Shown piece by piece: positions 1 through 9,844 of a stretch of 62,060 bases of DNA. The first letter of the stretch is position 1. Each line of letters starts with the position of its first letter. Under the pieces are notes generated by a model that was given only the letters and a program-made list of their open reading frames with translations, was not told the origin of the DNA and did not search any database. Source of the DNA: Dehalococcoidia bacterium. GTDB lineage: Bacteria; Chloroflexota; Dehalococcoidia; Tepidiformales; Tepidiformaceae. Made by a program: the position numbers and the translations under genes. The DNA is taken from contig JADLBJ010000035.1 of NCBI GenBank assembly GCA_020847765.1, positions 1 to 62,060 of the forward strand, given 5' to 3'.

Positions 1-825
1 CGGCGAGGCGGCGGGTTCAACCTCTTCGCCCAGCCGTTCCTGCTCGTCGTCGCTGGCCTGATCATCGTCCTCGCCGTCATCCTGGGGATCGTCGTCGCCA
101 CCGGCGGCAGCTCGAACGACGACCTCGTCCAGGACCTGGAAAAAGCGGCGAACGACCTTCCGCTCGACATGGCCAACGGCAACAAGCTCGGGCGCGACGA
201 CGCGCCCATCAAGCTGGCGGAGTTCGAAGACTTCCAGTGCCCCTTCTGCCTTCGCTACTCCGCCACGCAGGAGCCCACGCTCATCAACGAATACGTGAAG
301 ACGGGCAAGGTTCAGATCATCTACAAGAATCTCCCCGCGCTGGGAAACGAGTCCGTCCGCGCCGGCATCGCCGCCACCTGCGCGGCAGACCAGAACAAGT
401 TCTGGCAATACCACAATCGGCTCTTCCTCGAAGAAGCGCGCGCCGGCCAGGCCACCAACGAACAGAAGAACGTCGGCCGCTTCAGCGACGACAAGCTGAA
501 GAGCTTCGCGCAGGACCTCGGCCTCGACATGGACAAATACAACGCCTGCTTCAACGACCCGAACACGCTCAACAGGGTGCAGGCCGAGTTCCAGGAGGCG
601 CGCGCCTTGAACTTCAGCTCGACCCCGAGCTTCGCCGCCAACGGGCGCCCCCTCTCCCAGGGCTCCTTCAACACCCTGGATGACTGGCGCAAGGCGCTCG
701 ACACACTCCTGAACGCCACCCCCACGCCGCAGCCCTCGACCACGGCGACGGCCAGCAGCACGGCCTCGCCCGCCGCCACAACCCCGGCCGCCAGTCCGAC
801 AGCAACGCCGACGAAGGCGCCGTGA
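1..825 (+). CDS. DsbA-family thiol:disulfide oxidoreductase, membrane-anchored, 5' end cut by the window edge
   Basis: The frame is open from base 1 and encodes a hydrophobic helix (FLLVVAGLIIVLAVILGIVVA) before the listed Met at 169. It has a CPFC active-site motif (FEDFQCPFCLRY) and a Pro/Thr/Ala-rich C-terminal tail. Confidence 0.85.
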   Translation, partial: RRGGGFNLFAQPFLLVVAGLIIVLAVILGIVVATGGSSNDDLVQDLEKAANDLPLDMANGNKLGRDDAPIKLAEFEDFQCPFCLRYSATQEPTLINEYVKTGKVQIIYKNLPALGNESVRAGIAATCAADQNKFWQYHNRLFLEEARAGQATNEQKNVGRFSDDKLKSFAQDLGLDMDKYNACFNDPNTLNRVQAEFQEARALNFSSTPSFAANGRPLSQGSFNTLDDWRKALDTLLNATPTPQPSTTATASSTASPAATTPAASPTATPTKAP

Positions 826-1553
826 GCACCCGCCCGCAGACAGCGGCCAGCCGGCCCAGCCGCCTGCGCCGCCTGCTCTCCGCTTCCGTCCTCCTGCCCC
901 TGGCGGGCCTGTTCGCCGTCGCTGCGGCCGTCCTCGGCGTCCTCCTCGCCCTTGGCGTGAACGGCGAAGCAGAGGGCGTCACCTTCACCTCCTGCAAAGT
1001 CGGCGAGGAAGGGTGCCAGCTGCGCAGCCCCATCCACGTCCATGCCGACTTCGCCCTCGTCGTCCGCGGCCAGAAGTACAACTTCGACCAGTCCAAGTAC
1101 ATCGCCGAAGAAGGCGGCATTGAAAGCCCCTACGCGCACGTTCACCGCCCGCGCACCAACATCGTGCACGTCCACTACAGCAACACGACCTGGGACGACT
1201 TCTTCTCAGCGATCAAGTTCAAGTTGACGGACCCGACGCTGCCAGGCGTGACGCCGCAGAACACCTGCCTGCAGCTCGACGACGGCAACAAGTACTGCGC
1301 CTCCGCAGGAGAAACCTTCAAATTCTTCGTCAACGGCGTGCAGGTGGACGGGATCGCTTTCACGACGATCAATGACCTCGACCGCGTGCTCATCAGCTTC
1401 GGGCCGGAAGCCGCAGAGCAGGTGACAACGGACCAGCTCCCACAGCTGACCGACGAAGCCTGCATCCTTTCCGAGCGCTGCAAGGCGCGTGCCCCGGCCG
1501 ACCCGGAGCCGTGCTCCGCCTCCTCGCAGTCCTGCACCAAGCCGGGCGGCTAA
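822..1553 (+). CDS. Membrane-anchored His- and Cys-rich hypothetical protein, translationally coupled to the DsbA gene
   Basis: The GTG start overlaps the dsbA-like stop (GTGA at 822-825). It has an N-terminal TM helix, repeated HVH motifs (IHVHADF, YAHVH, IVHVHYSN) and a Cys-rich tail (CILSERC...CSASSQSC). High GC3. Confidence 0.6.
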   Translation: MSTRPQTAASRPSRLRRLLSASVLLPLAGLFAVAAAVLGVLLALGVNGEAEGVTFTSCKVGEEGCQLRSPIHVHADFALVVRGQKYNFDQSKYIAEEGGIESPYAHVHRPRTNIVHVHYSNTTWDDFFSAIKFKLTDPTLPGVTPQNTCLQLDDGNKYCASAGETFKFFVNGVQVDGIAFTTINDLDRVLISFGPEAAEQVTTDQLPQLTDEACILSERCKARAPADPEPCSASSQSCTKPGG

Positions 1554-2608
1554 GCCTTCCCGCTCTCCCTTGCTGCGGCCCGCAGCCTGCGCCGCTCCCG
1601 CCAGGCGCCGCGCAGGAAGCCCGCGCCGTAGCTCAGGTGCATGGTCGCCATGGCCGCGAAGGTGAGCGGCGCGCTGGCACCCTGGCGGCCCGCCGCCCGC
1701 GCCGCCATCACCATCCCCACGAGCAGATAGGCCGCTGCGAGCAGGGCGAGCACGAGCCGCGCAGCCTTCCAGACGGCACTCAGCGCCAGCAGCAACGGCC
1801 CGCCGACCGCCATCGCAGACGGCGCAAAGTGCCGCGGCTGAAGAGGGCGCCCGCGCGCGAGCAGTGTCCCTTTCGCCGCACCATACTCCTGGTATTGGCG
1901 CGCCAGGGCCGTGAAGGTCCGCCGCGGGTAGTAGCTGCTGCGGATCGCGGGCACGAGCACGATCCGCCCGCCGGCTTCGATCAGGCGGGCGTTGTAGCTG
2001 TCCTCGTCGGCACCGTCGACGCTTTCGTCGAAGCGGCCCACTACCTCCCAGACGCGCCGGTGGTAGCAGCCGAAGGGCACGGTGTCGACGTCGCCCTCGG
2101 CGTCGGCGTAACGGAAGCGGGCGTTGCCAACACCGAACGGCGAGGACATCGCCGCCGCGATCGCACGGCCCACCGTTCCCTCGCCGATCGTCTCGATCGG
2201 GCCGCCCACGCAGGCGGCCCCAGTCCGCCTCAGCGCCTGGACCGAGGCCCGCACAAAATCCGAACGCACCGAGCTGTGGGCGCCGATGATGATCCAGCAG
2301 TCGCCCATGGCGGCGTCCATGCCGGCGTTCAGCCCGCCGACTGTGATCCGCTTCGGGTTGTCCACGAGCACCAGCCGCCGGAAGGGGGACGCGTAGCCGC
2401 GCACCAGGTCCCGCGTCGTATCAGTGCTGCCACCGTCGGCGACCAGGACTTCCATTCCGTCAGCGCCGTAGTCCTGAGCGGCGAGCGCGTCGAGCAGGGG
2501 CGTGATGTACCGCTCCTCGTTCAGGCAGGGGATGACGACCGAGACAAGCGGACGCTCGGGGAGCGAGAGCGGCCCGTCGAGCCTGGTGCGCGGCGGTGCG
2601 GCGGTCAT
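1550..2608 (-). CDS. Family 2 glycosyltransferase with C-terminal TM segments
   Basis: The conserved GT2 N-terminus (VSVVIPCLNEE ... LVADGGSTDTT) begins just after the Met at 2608. The Arg-rich 166 aa upstream in the 518-aa ORF look spurious. Its stop overlaps the convergent stop at 1550-1553. Confidence 0.8.
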   Translation of the reverse strand: MTAAPPRTRLDGPLSLPERPLVSVVIPCLNEERYITPLLDALAAQDYGADGMEVLVADGGSTDTTRDLVRGYASPFRRLVLVDNPKRITVGGLNAGMDAAMGDCWIIIGAHSSVRSDFVRASVQALRRTGAACVGGPIETIGEGTVGRAIAAAMSSPFGVGNARFRYADAEGDVDTVPFGCYHRRVWEVVGRFDESVDGADEDSYNARLIEAGGRIVLVPAIRSSYYPRRTFTALARQYQEYGAAKGTLLARGRPLQPRHFAPSAMAVGGPLLLALSAVWKAARLVLALLAAAYLLVGMVMAARAAGRQGASAPLTFAAMATMHLSYGAGFLRGAWRERRRLRAAARESGKA

Positions 2609-2724
2609 CTCCTCATCCTCATGGCGGCTTCGCACCCGGTCAACGCACCCGCCGGCCAGCCGTTTCCCCATTGGCGGTCGCGTTGTAGCGTGTGGCCGAA
2701 CCACTGACATCCGGAGGCGGCCCG

Positions 2725-3132
2725 ATGAACGACGAACAGAGCAAGCGCCTGGCCGAGGCCGCCGACGCCCTCGCCCAGGCCACCGACGCGCTCGACGAGG
2801 CGCGCGACGCCGTCGACGATCGCCGCTACAGCAGCGACCTCGAGCGCGAACGGCTGGCCGCGAGCCAGCAGATGATGAGCAAGCTGGACAACGCCGGCAA
2901 GAAGATCGACGAGGCCGCACGCAAGGCCGCCATCGCCGCCGCCGCCTGTGGCCGCCCGGGCGCCTTCGCCTTCTACCGCGAAGCACTCGTCGCCGGGCGG
3001 GAGGGACGCGCGATCGGGCGCACGGCCGGCGACCAGGACGGCGTAGCCAACAAGCGCGCCCGCGGCCAGGAGTCTGTCGACCGCCTGCAGGCTGCCGTGG
3101 ACGCACTGGTAGCTATCGTCTACGTCGCCTGA
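2725..3132 (+). CDS. Hypothetical alpha-helical/coiled-coil protein
   Basis: ATG at 2725 is preceded by GGAGG (2713-2717). The composition is Ala/Asp/Glu/Arg-rich and helical, with high GC3. I recognise no family. Confidence 0.5.
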   Translation: MNDEQSKRLAEAADALAQATDALDEARDAVDDRRYSSDLERERLAASQQMMSKLDNAGKKIDEAARKAAIAAAACGRPGAFAFYREALVAGREGRAIGRTAGDQDGVANKRARGQESVDRLQAAVDALVAIVYVA

Positions 3133-3148
3133 CCCCCGGCGCGGACGC

Positions 3149-3640
3149 TCAGAATCCGCCTTCTGTGCCCCAGACCATCATGAAGGCGATGCCGATGACA
3201 GACACACCGAGCAGCCCGCCGACCATCTGAATGCGACGGGAGACGTCGCGATAGCTGGGCGGAAAGTGCCCCCCGTCCGGCACGCCCTCGAGCATGCGGA
3301 TGGCGTCGAGGACGTTGCGGCGCTGGACGAGGACTGCGACCAGGAAGGCCGCGACGTACCACGCCATGGCGATCCCGAGCCATGTCGGAAACTCCTCGCT
3401 CACGCCACCGAAGCTCGTGTATTCGTTGAACATCAGCCCGAGACCGAAGAGGAAGACGAGGATGGCTCCCGGAATGACCAGGATGTTCTCCAGCCGATTC
3501 ATAAAGCGGAGGGAGAAACGTGCTGCACCGACGCCGTTCCGTTCGGCGAAGCCCTGCAGGAAGGGGTAGGCGAACGTCGCCCCAAGCCCCACGACGGCGA
3601 CGGTGATGTGCGCGAAGAGCTGGATGCGGTAGCTGTCCAT
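3149..3640 (-). CDS. Integral membrane protein, four predicted TM helices (DUF2269-like)
   Basis: The 163-aa ORF has four hydrophobic segments and typical coding GC3. The family label comes from memory of the topology and sequence style only. Confidence 0.6.
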   Translation of the reverse strand: MDSYRIQLFAHITVAVVGLGATFAYPFLQGFAERNGVGAARFSLRFMNRLENILVIPGAILVFLFGLGLMFNEYTSFGGVSEEFPTWLGIAMAWYVAAFLVAVLVQRRNVLDAIRMLEGVPDGGHFPPSYRDVSRRIQMVGGLLGVSVIGIAFMMVWGTEGGF

Positions 3641-3771
3641 GGCTTGCCACTCATCAAGAAGTGAGCGAGATCGCTCGCGCGGAAATGATACGTCCCCCGC
3701 ACCTAGGCGGTAGCGGCCCCCGGCCGAACTGCGCGCCCATTCGGCGCATTGCCTGTACCCTCCCCCACGGC

Positions 3772-4551
3772 ATGGCGCACCGTTTTCGCCCGCTAGACGC
3801 CGTTTCCCACGCGGTCCGTCCGCTAACCAGCCTGCGCCCCGTTGGGCTCGCCCTGGAGCTCGCCTGGTGGGAATGGTGGCTGCTGCGAAAGGGCTGGCAG
3901 TGGCCGGAGGAATACCGCCGACGCCTCGATCCCGAACGACCGCTCGCCCCCGTGCACCGCGACCTCCTGGCTCACCTCGGCCGAGAACGGCTGCGCATCC
4001 TCGACGTCGGCTCCGGCCCGCTCTCCGAAGTCGGGCGGCGCCTGCCCGGAAAGGAGCTGGAGGTCGTCGCCGTCGATCCCCTGGGGCGCGCCTACACCTG
4101 GCTCCTGCGCCTTAGCGGGTTGCGGCCGCTCGTGCCCGTCGTTCCGCTTTCGGCCGAAGATCTTTCGCGCCGCTTCCCACCCGCCTCGTTCGACCTCGTC
4201 CAGGCGCGGAACGCAATCGACCACTCTCGCCACCCGCGTCGCGCCATCCGGGAGATGCTGCGCGTCGTCCGGCCAGGTTGCTACGTCTACCTGCAGCATC
4301 GCGTCGACGAAGCGGAGTCGCGCGAACACAGCGCCCTCCACCAGTGGAACTTCCGCTGCGAGGACGGGTGCCTCGTGCTCTGGGGGCAGAAGGGACGGAC
4401 CGACCTGACGGCCGTGCTCGCCCCATTGGCGACCGTCGAATGCCGGAGCGACGGCCAGTGGGTAACGGCCATCCTCCGCCGCCATGACGACTCCCCGCCG
4501 ACCGTGACCACCGGCGGCGCGAGCGCGGACCAGGACAGCGTGTCGGCCTAG
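3772..4551 (+). CDS. Class I SAM-dependent methyltransferase
   Basis: Motif I ILDVGSGP is present, followed by the acidic and post-I/II motifs (VVAVDP ... FDLVQARNAIDH). I prefer the Met at 3772 over 3661, which adds a non-conserved leader. Confidence 0.7.
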   Translation: MAHRFRPLDAVSHAVRPLTSLRPVGLALELAWWEWWLLRKGWQWPEEYRRRLDPERPLAPVHRDLLAHLGRERLRILDVGSGPLSEVGRRLPGKELEVVAVDPLGRAYTWLLRLSGLRPLVPVVPLSAEDLSRRFPPASFDLVQARNAIDHSRHPRRAIREMLRVVRPGCYVYLQHRVDEAESREHSALHQWNFRCEDGCLVLWGQKGRTDLTAVLAPLATVECRSDGQWVTAILRRHDDSPPTVTTGGASADQDSVSA

Positions 4552-4897
4552 CGGGAGGTCTCCTCCTCTCGGCGACGTAGCGCGCCGATGTCCACACCTC
4601 GGCGCGCTGCTCCACGCTCATAAGCGCCGCGTCGGGTCCGTCGCCACCCCGCAGCAGCTTGTCGAGCTTGAGGTGCACCGTTCGGGACCAGCGGTTCTGC
4701 TCCTTCTGGAGGAGGAAGAAGGCAAGGAAGATCACGACGCGCGCCGCGCCGTTGTAGACAACGTTCAATTCGGCGAAGCCAGGCAGCGGACCGGCCGCAA
4801 AGACGCCCAGCTGGCCCAGTGCCGCGACCGCGAAGCACCAGGGCGAGCCCATCACCCTCCCCGCCCGGGAAGCCAACCGGCCAGACCGCCGCGCCAT
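4548..4897 (-). CDS. Low-affinity iron permease-like small membrane protein, with an unresolved 3' end (possible frameshift)
   Basis: The N-terminal 85 aa (GSPWCFAVAAL ... FLLQKEQNRWSRTVHLKLDKLLRG) resemble the Fet4-type iron permease family as I recall it. That frame has no stop until 4112, deep inside the antisense methyltransferase gene. The adjacent frame stops at 4548, overlapping the convergent stop. Confidence 0.5.
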
Positions 4898-5015
4898 GGC
4901 GGCAGTGCGACGCCGTCGGTCGCGCCCGGATAACCCTCCGGCCCTCGGAGGGAGGAGCGGCTGGCAGCCGGCGTGCCGGCTTCACCCTCACGGAACGCTT
5001 GGTTACCCTGCGGGA

Positions 5016-5921
5016 GTGGAACCGACGGCGATCACCCTGCGCGTCCCGGCGACGAGCGCGAACCTCGGCGCCGGCTTCGACTGCCTCGGCCTCGCGCTCG
5101 ACCTCTTCGCCTCGATCACGGTCACCTTCGGCAGGGTGGAGGCCCCTGCGCCGGAAGACGTCGGCGAGAAGATGGTGCTGACGGCCGCACGGCAGGCATA
5201 CGCGCATATGGGGCGCACGCCACCGCCCGGGCTGAGCGCCCGCTACAACCTCTCCATCCCGCTGGGCCGCGGGCTGGGGGCGAGCGCCGTCGCCCGCGTC
5301 GCCGGCGTTGTCGCCGCCAACGAGATGGAGGGCCGGCCCCTGGACGAGGGCGAGCTCCTGACCATCGCCAGCGACCTCGAGGGCCACGGCGACAACGCCT
5401 GCCCCGCGCTCTTCGGCGGTCTCCAGGTGTGCGTGGCCGGGGGCGGCCGCTACCTGCGCGCTCCCTGCGCCTACGCGGTCGGCGCCCGCCTCGCCATCCT
5501 CGTCCCCGACCATTCGATGCCCACCAAAGAGGCCCGCAAAGCCCTCCCCGAGTCCTACAGCCGCGCCGACGCCGTGCACAACACCGGCCGGGCCGCACTC
5601 TTCGTCGCGGCCATGGCGGCCGGCCGCCTCGACCTCCTCGACGCGGCCACAGACGACCGGCTCCACCAGAGGCAGCGCGCCCACATCTTCCCGCCCCTGG
5701 TCGAGGTCTTCGCGGCGGCGAAAGCCGCCGGCGCCCACGCCGCATGGTTGAGCGGTGCCGGAAGCTCCATCGCGGCGATCTGCGACGAAGAACAGGTGCG
5801 CGCCGTCGCCGCTGCTATGCTGGAAACGCTCCGGGGCGCAGGCATGACAGGGCGTTCGCTCGTCACGCAGATCGCGGCCGAAGGCGCCCAGGTGGCCCGC
5901 GTCGAGCTCGTGAGAGAGTGA
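5016..5921 (+). CDS. thrB: Homoserine kinase
   Basis: It carries the motif LRVPATSANLGAGFDCLGLAL and a GHMP-kinase body. I prefer the GTG at 5016 because the ATG at 4896 would add 40 non-conserved residues overlapping the divergent gene's start. Confidence 0.85.
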   Translation: MEPTAITLRVPATSANLGAGFDCLGLALDLFASITVTFGRVEAPAPEDVGEKMVLTAARQAYAHMGRTPPPGLSARYNLSIPLGRGLGASAVARVAGVVAANEMEGRPLDEGELLTIASDLEGHGDNACPALFGGLQVCVAGGGRYLRAPCAYAVGARLAILVPDHSMPTKEARKALPESYSRADAVHNTGRAALFVAAMAAGRLDLLDAATDDRLHQRQRAHIFPPLVEVFAAAKAAGAHAAWLSGAGSSIAAICDEEQVRAVAAAMLETLRGAGMTGRSLVTQIAAEGAQVARVELVRE

Positions 5922-5922
5922 C

Positions 5923-6492
5923 ATGCCGCTTCGCCCCGCCCACGAGGGAGACCTCGCCACCGTCGTCGAACTGATCCAGGCCCTCGCCGACTACGAGCGT
6001 CAGCCGGAGGCCGTCGAGCTCGACCCTGCCACCCTCCGCCAGCACCTGTTCGGCCCACGCCCCTACGCCGAAGTGCTCCTCGCCGAGACCGAGGACGGCC
6101 ACTCGGCCGGCTTCGCGCTCTATTTCCACAACTTCAGCACATGGAAGGGGCGCCCGGGTGTCTACCTCGAAGACCTCTTCGTGCGACCGGAGCATCGCGG
6201 CCGGGGCTTCGGGCGCGCTCTCCTCACCGCGCTCGCCCACATCGCCTGCGAGCGCGGTTGCGCCCGCCTCGAGTGGTCGGTCCTCGACTGGAACGAGCAG
6301 GCCATCGGCTTCTACCGGGCGCTCGGCGCCGAGCCGCTCGACGAGTGGACGACCTTTCGGTTATCCGGCCACGCGCTCGAGGGCCTCGCGGCGGGTGGCC
6401 GCTCACCTGGAGCCGCCGCTCCCGCTGCCGCCCGGCTGACCTCCCCCAGCTCGGCGCACGCGGCCGCCGGAAAGCACCGGCCGGAGCCTTAG
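5923..6492 (+). CDS. GNAT-family N-acetyltransferase (diamine/spermidine acetyltransferase-like)
   Basis: The acetyl-CoA motif RGRGFGRALL is present, along with the block VYLEDLFVRPEHRG ... WNEQAIGFYRALGA. The ATG lies 1 nt after the thrB stop. Confidence 0.8.
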   Translation: MPLRPAHEGDLATVVELIQALADYERQPEAVELDPATLRQHLFGPRPYAEVLLAETEDGHSAGFALYFHNFSTWKGRPGVYLEDLFVRPEHRGRGFGRALLTALAHIACERGCARLEWSVLDWNEQAIGFYRALGAEPLDEWTTFRLSGHALEGLAAGGRSPGAAAPAAARLTSPSSAHAAAGKHRPEP

Positions 6493-6539
6493 CAGGCGCT
6501 CTGCTACGCTCCAAGAGGGCCGCCCGGCTGCCTGCCGCC

Positions 6540-8114
<1,575 letters not shown>

Positions 8115-8178
8115 CGAACGACGCTCCTAGGCGCCACGCGGGCGATAATCCCGGCATGCCGTTCGGGAACTCGCACTG

Positions 8179-8646
8179 ATGGACGGCTGGCGCGTCGTCC
8201 ATGTCCTCAGCCTGATCTGGCTGGGTGCGGGGCTGGGCGCGACCTACCCCCTCATCCTCCGCGCCTGGGCCACGAAGGACCTGCGCCTGCAGATGACGCT
8301 GCTCACCGAGGCGGCGAACAACGAGACGCGCGTGCTCCTGCCCGGTGCCATGCTGACCGGCGCCACGGGCTTCTTCTGGGCCGTCGCCGAGGAGGAGAAC
8401 TTCGTGACCGAGGGCTGGCTGGCGGCGCTCTGGCTGAGCTTCGTCTTCTTCTACTTCGGCTGTCTGCCTTTGCTCGGGTTCGGGCTGCGCCGGGCGCGCC
8501 TGGCCTCGCTCATCGCGGCCAAGAAGGGCGAAGAAACCGAAGAGCTCCGCGCCATCCTCGCGGACCGGGTACCGATTGTGTTCGGCACGCTGCTCGTGCT
8601 GAGCGTCCCCTGGATGGCCTGGCTGGCGATCTTCCAGCCGTTTTAG
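8179..8646 (+). CDS. Integral membrane protein (DUF2269-like, four TM helices)
   Basis: The 155-aa ORF has four hydrophobic segments and the same architecture as the ORF at 3149-3640. Confidence 0.6.
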   Translation: MDGWRVVHVLSLIWLGAGLGATYPLILRAWATKDLRLQMTLLTEAANNETRVLLPGAMLTGATGFFWAVAEEENFVTEGWLAALWLSFVFFYFGCLPLLGFGLRRARLASLIAAKKGEETEELRAILADRVPIVFGTLLVLSVPWMAWLAIFQPF

Positions 8647-8676
8647 CAGCAAAGCCACTCGTTTCACGTCAATTAC

Positions 8677-8771
8677 AATGTGGCCAGAATGACACAGGGT
8701 GTTGACAGCCGGCGTAGCATGGCCCTGCCGCAGCAGACCCGTCGCCGGTCCAGCGGGCGCTGCCAGGCGCG
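8677..8771 (+). promoter_or_regulatory. Conserved upstream block, copy A (TTGACA, TAGCAT, invariant 19-mer)
   Basis: It aligns by eye with 9597-9686. Shared elements are TTGACA (8702-8707), GGCGTA plus a TAnnnT hexamer (8715-8720), GCCGCAG (8727-8733), and the identical 19-mer GCGGGCGCTGCCAGGCGCG (8753-8771). Confidence 0.35.
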
Positions 8772-8876
8772 CCCTGGCCTCCAGGCGACGACCCGGGGAC
8801 GGGCCGGACCGGATTGCTCGGACCGACCCGCAGACGCGCGAGCCCGCTCGCGCCCAGCGCAAGGAGGACAACACCA

Positions 8877-9491
8877 ATGTCCAGGGTAATGCGCGGCCTG
8901 GTTGCAGCCGCGGCCCTATCGCTCACCCTCTTCGGAGCGCTCTTCGCCTCCGCCCAGCGAACAGAGGCGGCCGCCAACGTCGGCGCCTGCCAGCCGTGGG
9001 CCGTCACGGCCTATGGCGCCAACCAGTTCAACTTCGGCGGCAGTGGCTCGGGCCGCGTCTACTCGTTCTCGGCCGGCTGGGGCAGCGCCACCTGGAGCTT
9101 CGCCGGCAACGGCACGCCGGGCGGCATGAACGGCAACCTGGCGGTCAAGATCAAGTGGGACAACCTCGCCTACGGCACCACCACCATGACCGTCTCCTGC
9201 ATCGACGAAGTCGACGCAGGCCCGTGGGGCGGCGAGCTGGAGTTCATGGGCACAGTTAACAACTGGCCGGGCATGGGCGGCAGCACGGCAGCCTGGATCG
9301 AGATGTACTGGTCGAACGGCACCCCGTCGGACTACATCTCCTTCGCCATCCGCGGCTTCCAGGCGGGGCCGAACGTCTGCACCGACTACACGGCGACGGA
9401 CTACATGTCCGGCACGACGGGCAGCCACGTCGTCACACCCATCAACGGCGGCTTCCGCGTGGATCCGTCCGACTGCGACTACCCGGCCTAA
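8877..9491 (+). CDS. Secreted Cys-containing beta-rich hypothetical protein
   Basis: ATG at 8877 follows AAGGAGGA (8861-8868). A signal peptide (MSRVMRGLVAAAALSLTLFGALFASA) is present. The sequence is Gly/Trp/Asn-rich with six Cys residues. Confidence 0.65.
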   Translation: MSRVMRGLVAAAALSLTLFGALFASAQRTEAAANVGACQPWAVTAYGANQFNFGGSGSGRVYSFSAGWGSATWSFAGNGTPGGMNGNLAVKIKWDNLAYGTTTMTVSCIDEVDAGPWGGELEFMGTVNNWPGMGGSTAAWIEMYWSNGTPSDYISFAIRGFQAGPNVCTDYTATDYMSGTTGSHVVTPINGGFRVDPSDCDYPA

Positions 9492-9531
9492 CCGGGGCAG
9501 AGCGAGCGGGGGCGTCCCGCCCCCGGCGCGA

Positions 9532-9568
9532 GGGGGACCGGTCCTTGCGGATCGGTCCCCCTCTTTTT
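9532..9568 (+). terminator. Rho-independent terminator
   Basis: A perfect 9-bp stem, GGGGGACCG (9532-9540) pairing with CGGTCCCCC (9553-9561), is followed by TCTTTTT. A second short GC hairpin lies at 9507-9525. Confidence 0.7.
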
Positions 9569-9596
9569 GCGTTTCGCGCGCGCCCAATCTCCCTTG

Positions 9597-9686
9597 AATG
9601 AGCCTCTCATGAACGGGTTGACAACAGGCGTACGCTAGGCCGCGCCGCAGAAAAGCCTCCGGCCGGCGCGGGCGCTGCCAGGCGCG
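9597..9686 (+). promoter_or_regulatory. Conserved upstream block, copy B
   Basis: The elements occur in the same order and spacing as copy A: TTGACA (9618-9623), TACGCT (9631-9636), GCCGCAG (9644-9650), and the identical 19-mer (9668-9686). Confidence 0.35.
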
Positions 9687-9844
9687 AGCACCGGCGAGGA
9701 ACGGCCCCCGTGGGACGGCGCCGAAGGGCAGGCTTGGCTCCGCCTTCGTGCCATATGCGAAAGTGCGCTGGCCCGCGAGGGGAAGAACAGGGCGGTCGTC
9801 GACAGGGGCGCTCGCCGGTGCAATCGGGAAAGGACGGGACCACC

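Noticed and set aside
4548-5960. A 470-aa minus-strand ORF, plus similar long Arg/Pro/Gly-rich ORFs such as 6504-8102, 10013-11578, 13168-15996, 18525-20000, 23794-25317, 25424-27631, 43529-45568 and 53161-54102.
   Set aside because: They lie antisense or out of frame to genes with clear conserved motifs. Their composition is low-complexity and Arg-rich with no recognisable domains. These are typical shadow ORFs in stop-poor high-GC DNA.
8700-8722. TTGACA plus TAGCAT (and TTGACA plus TACGCT at 9618-9636) read as a canonical sigma-70 promoter.
   Set aside because: The two hexamers are only 7 nt apart rather than about 17 nt. I report them only as conserved elements of the duplicated block.
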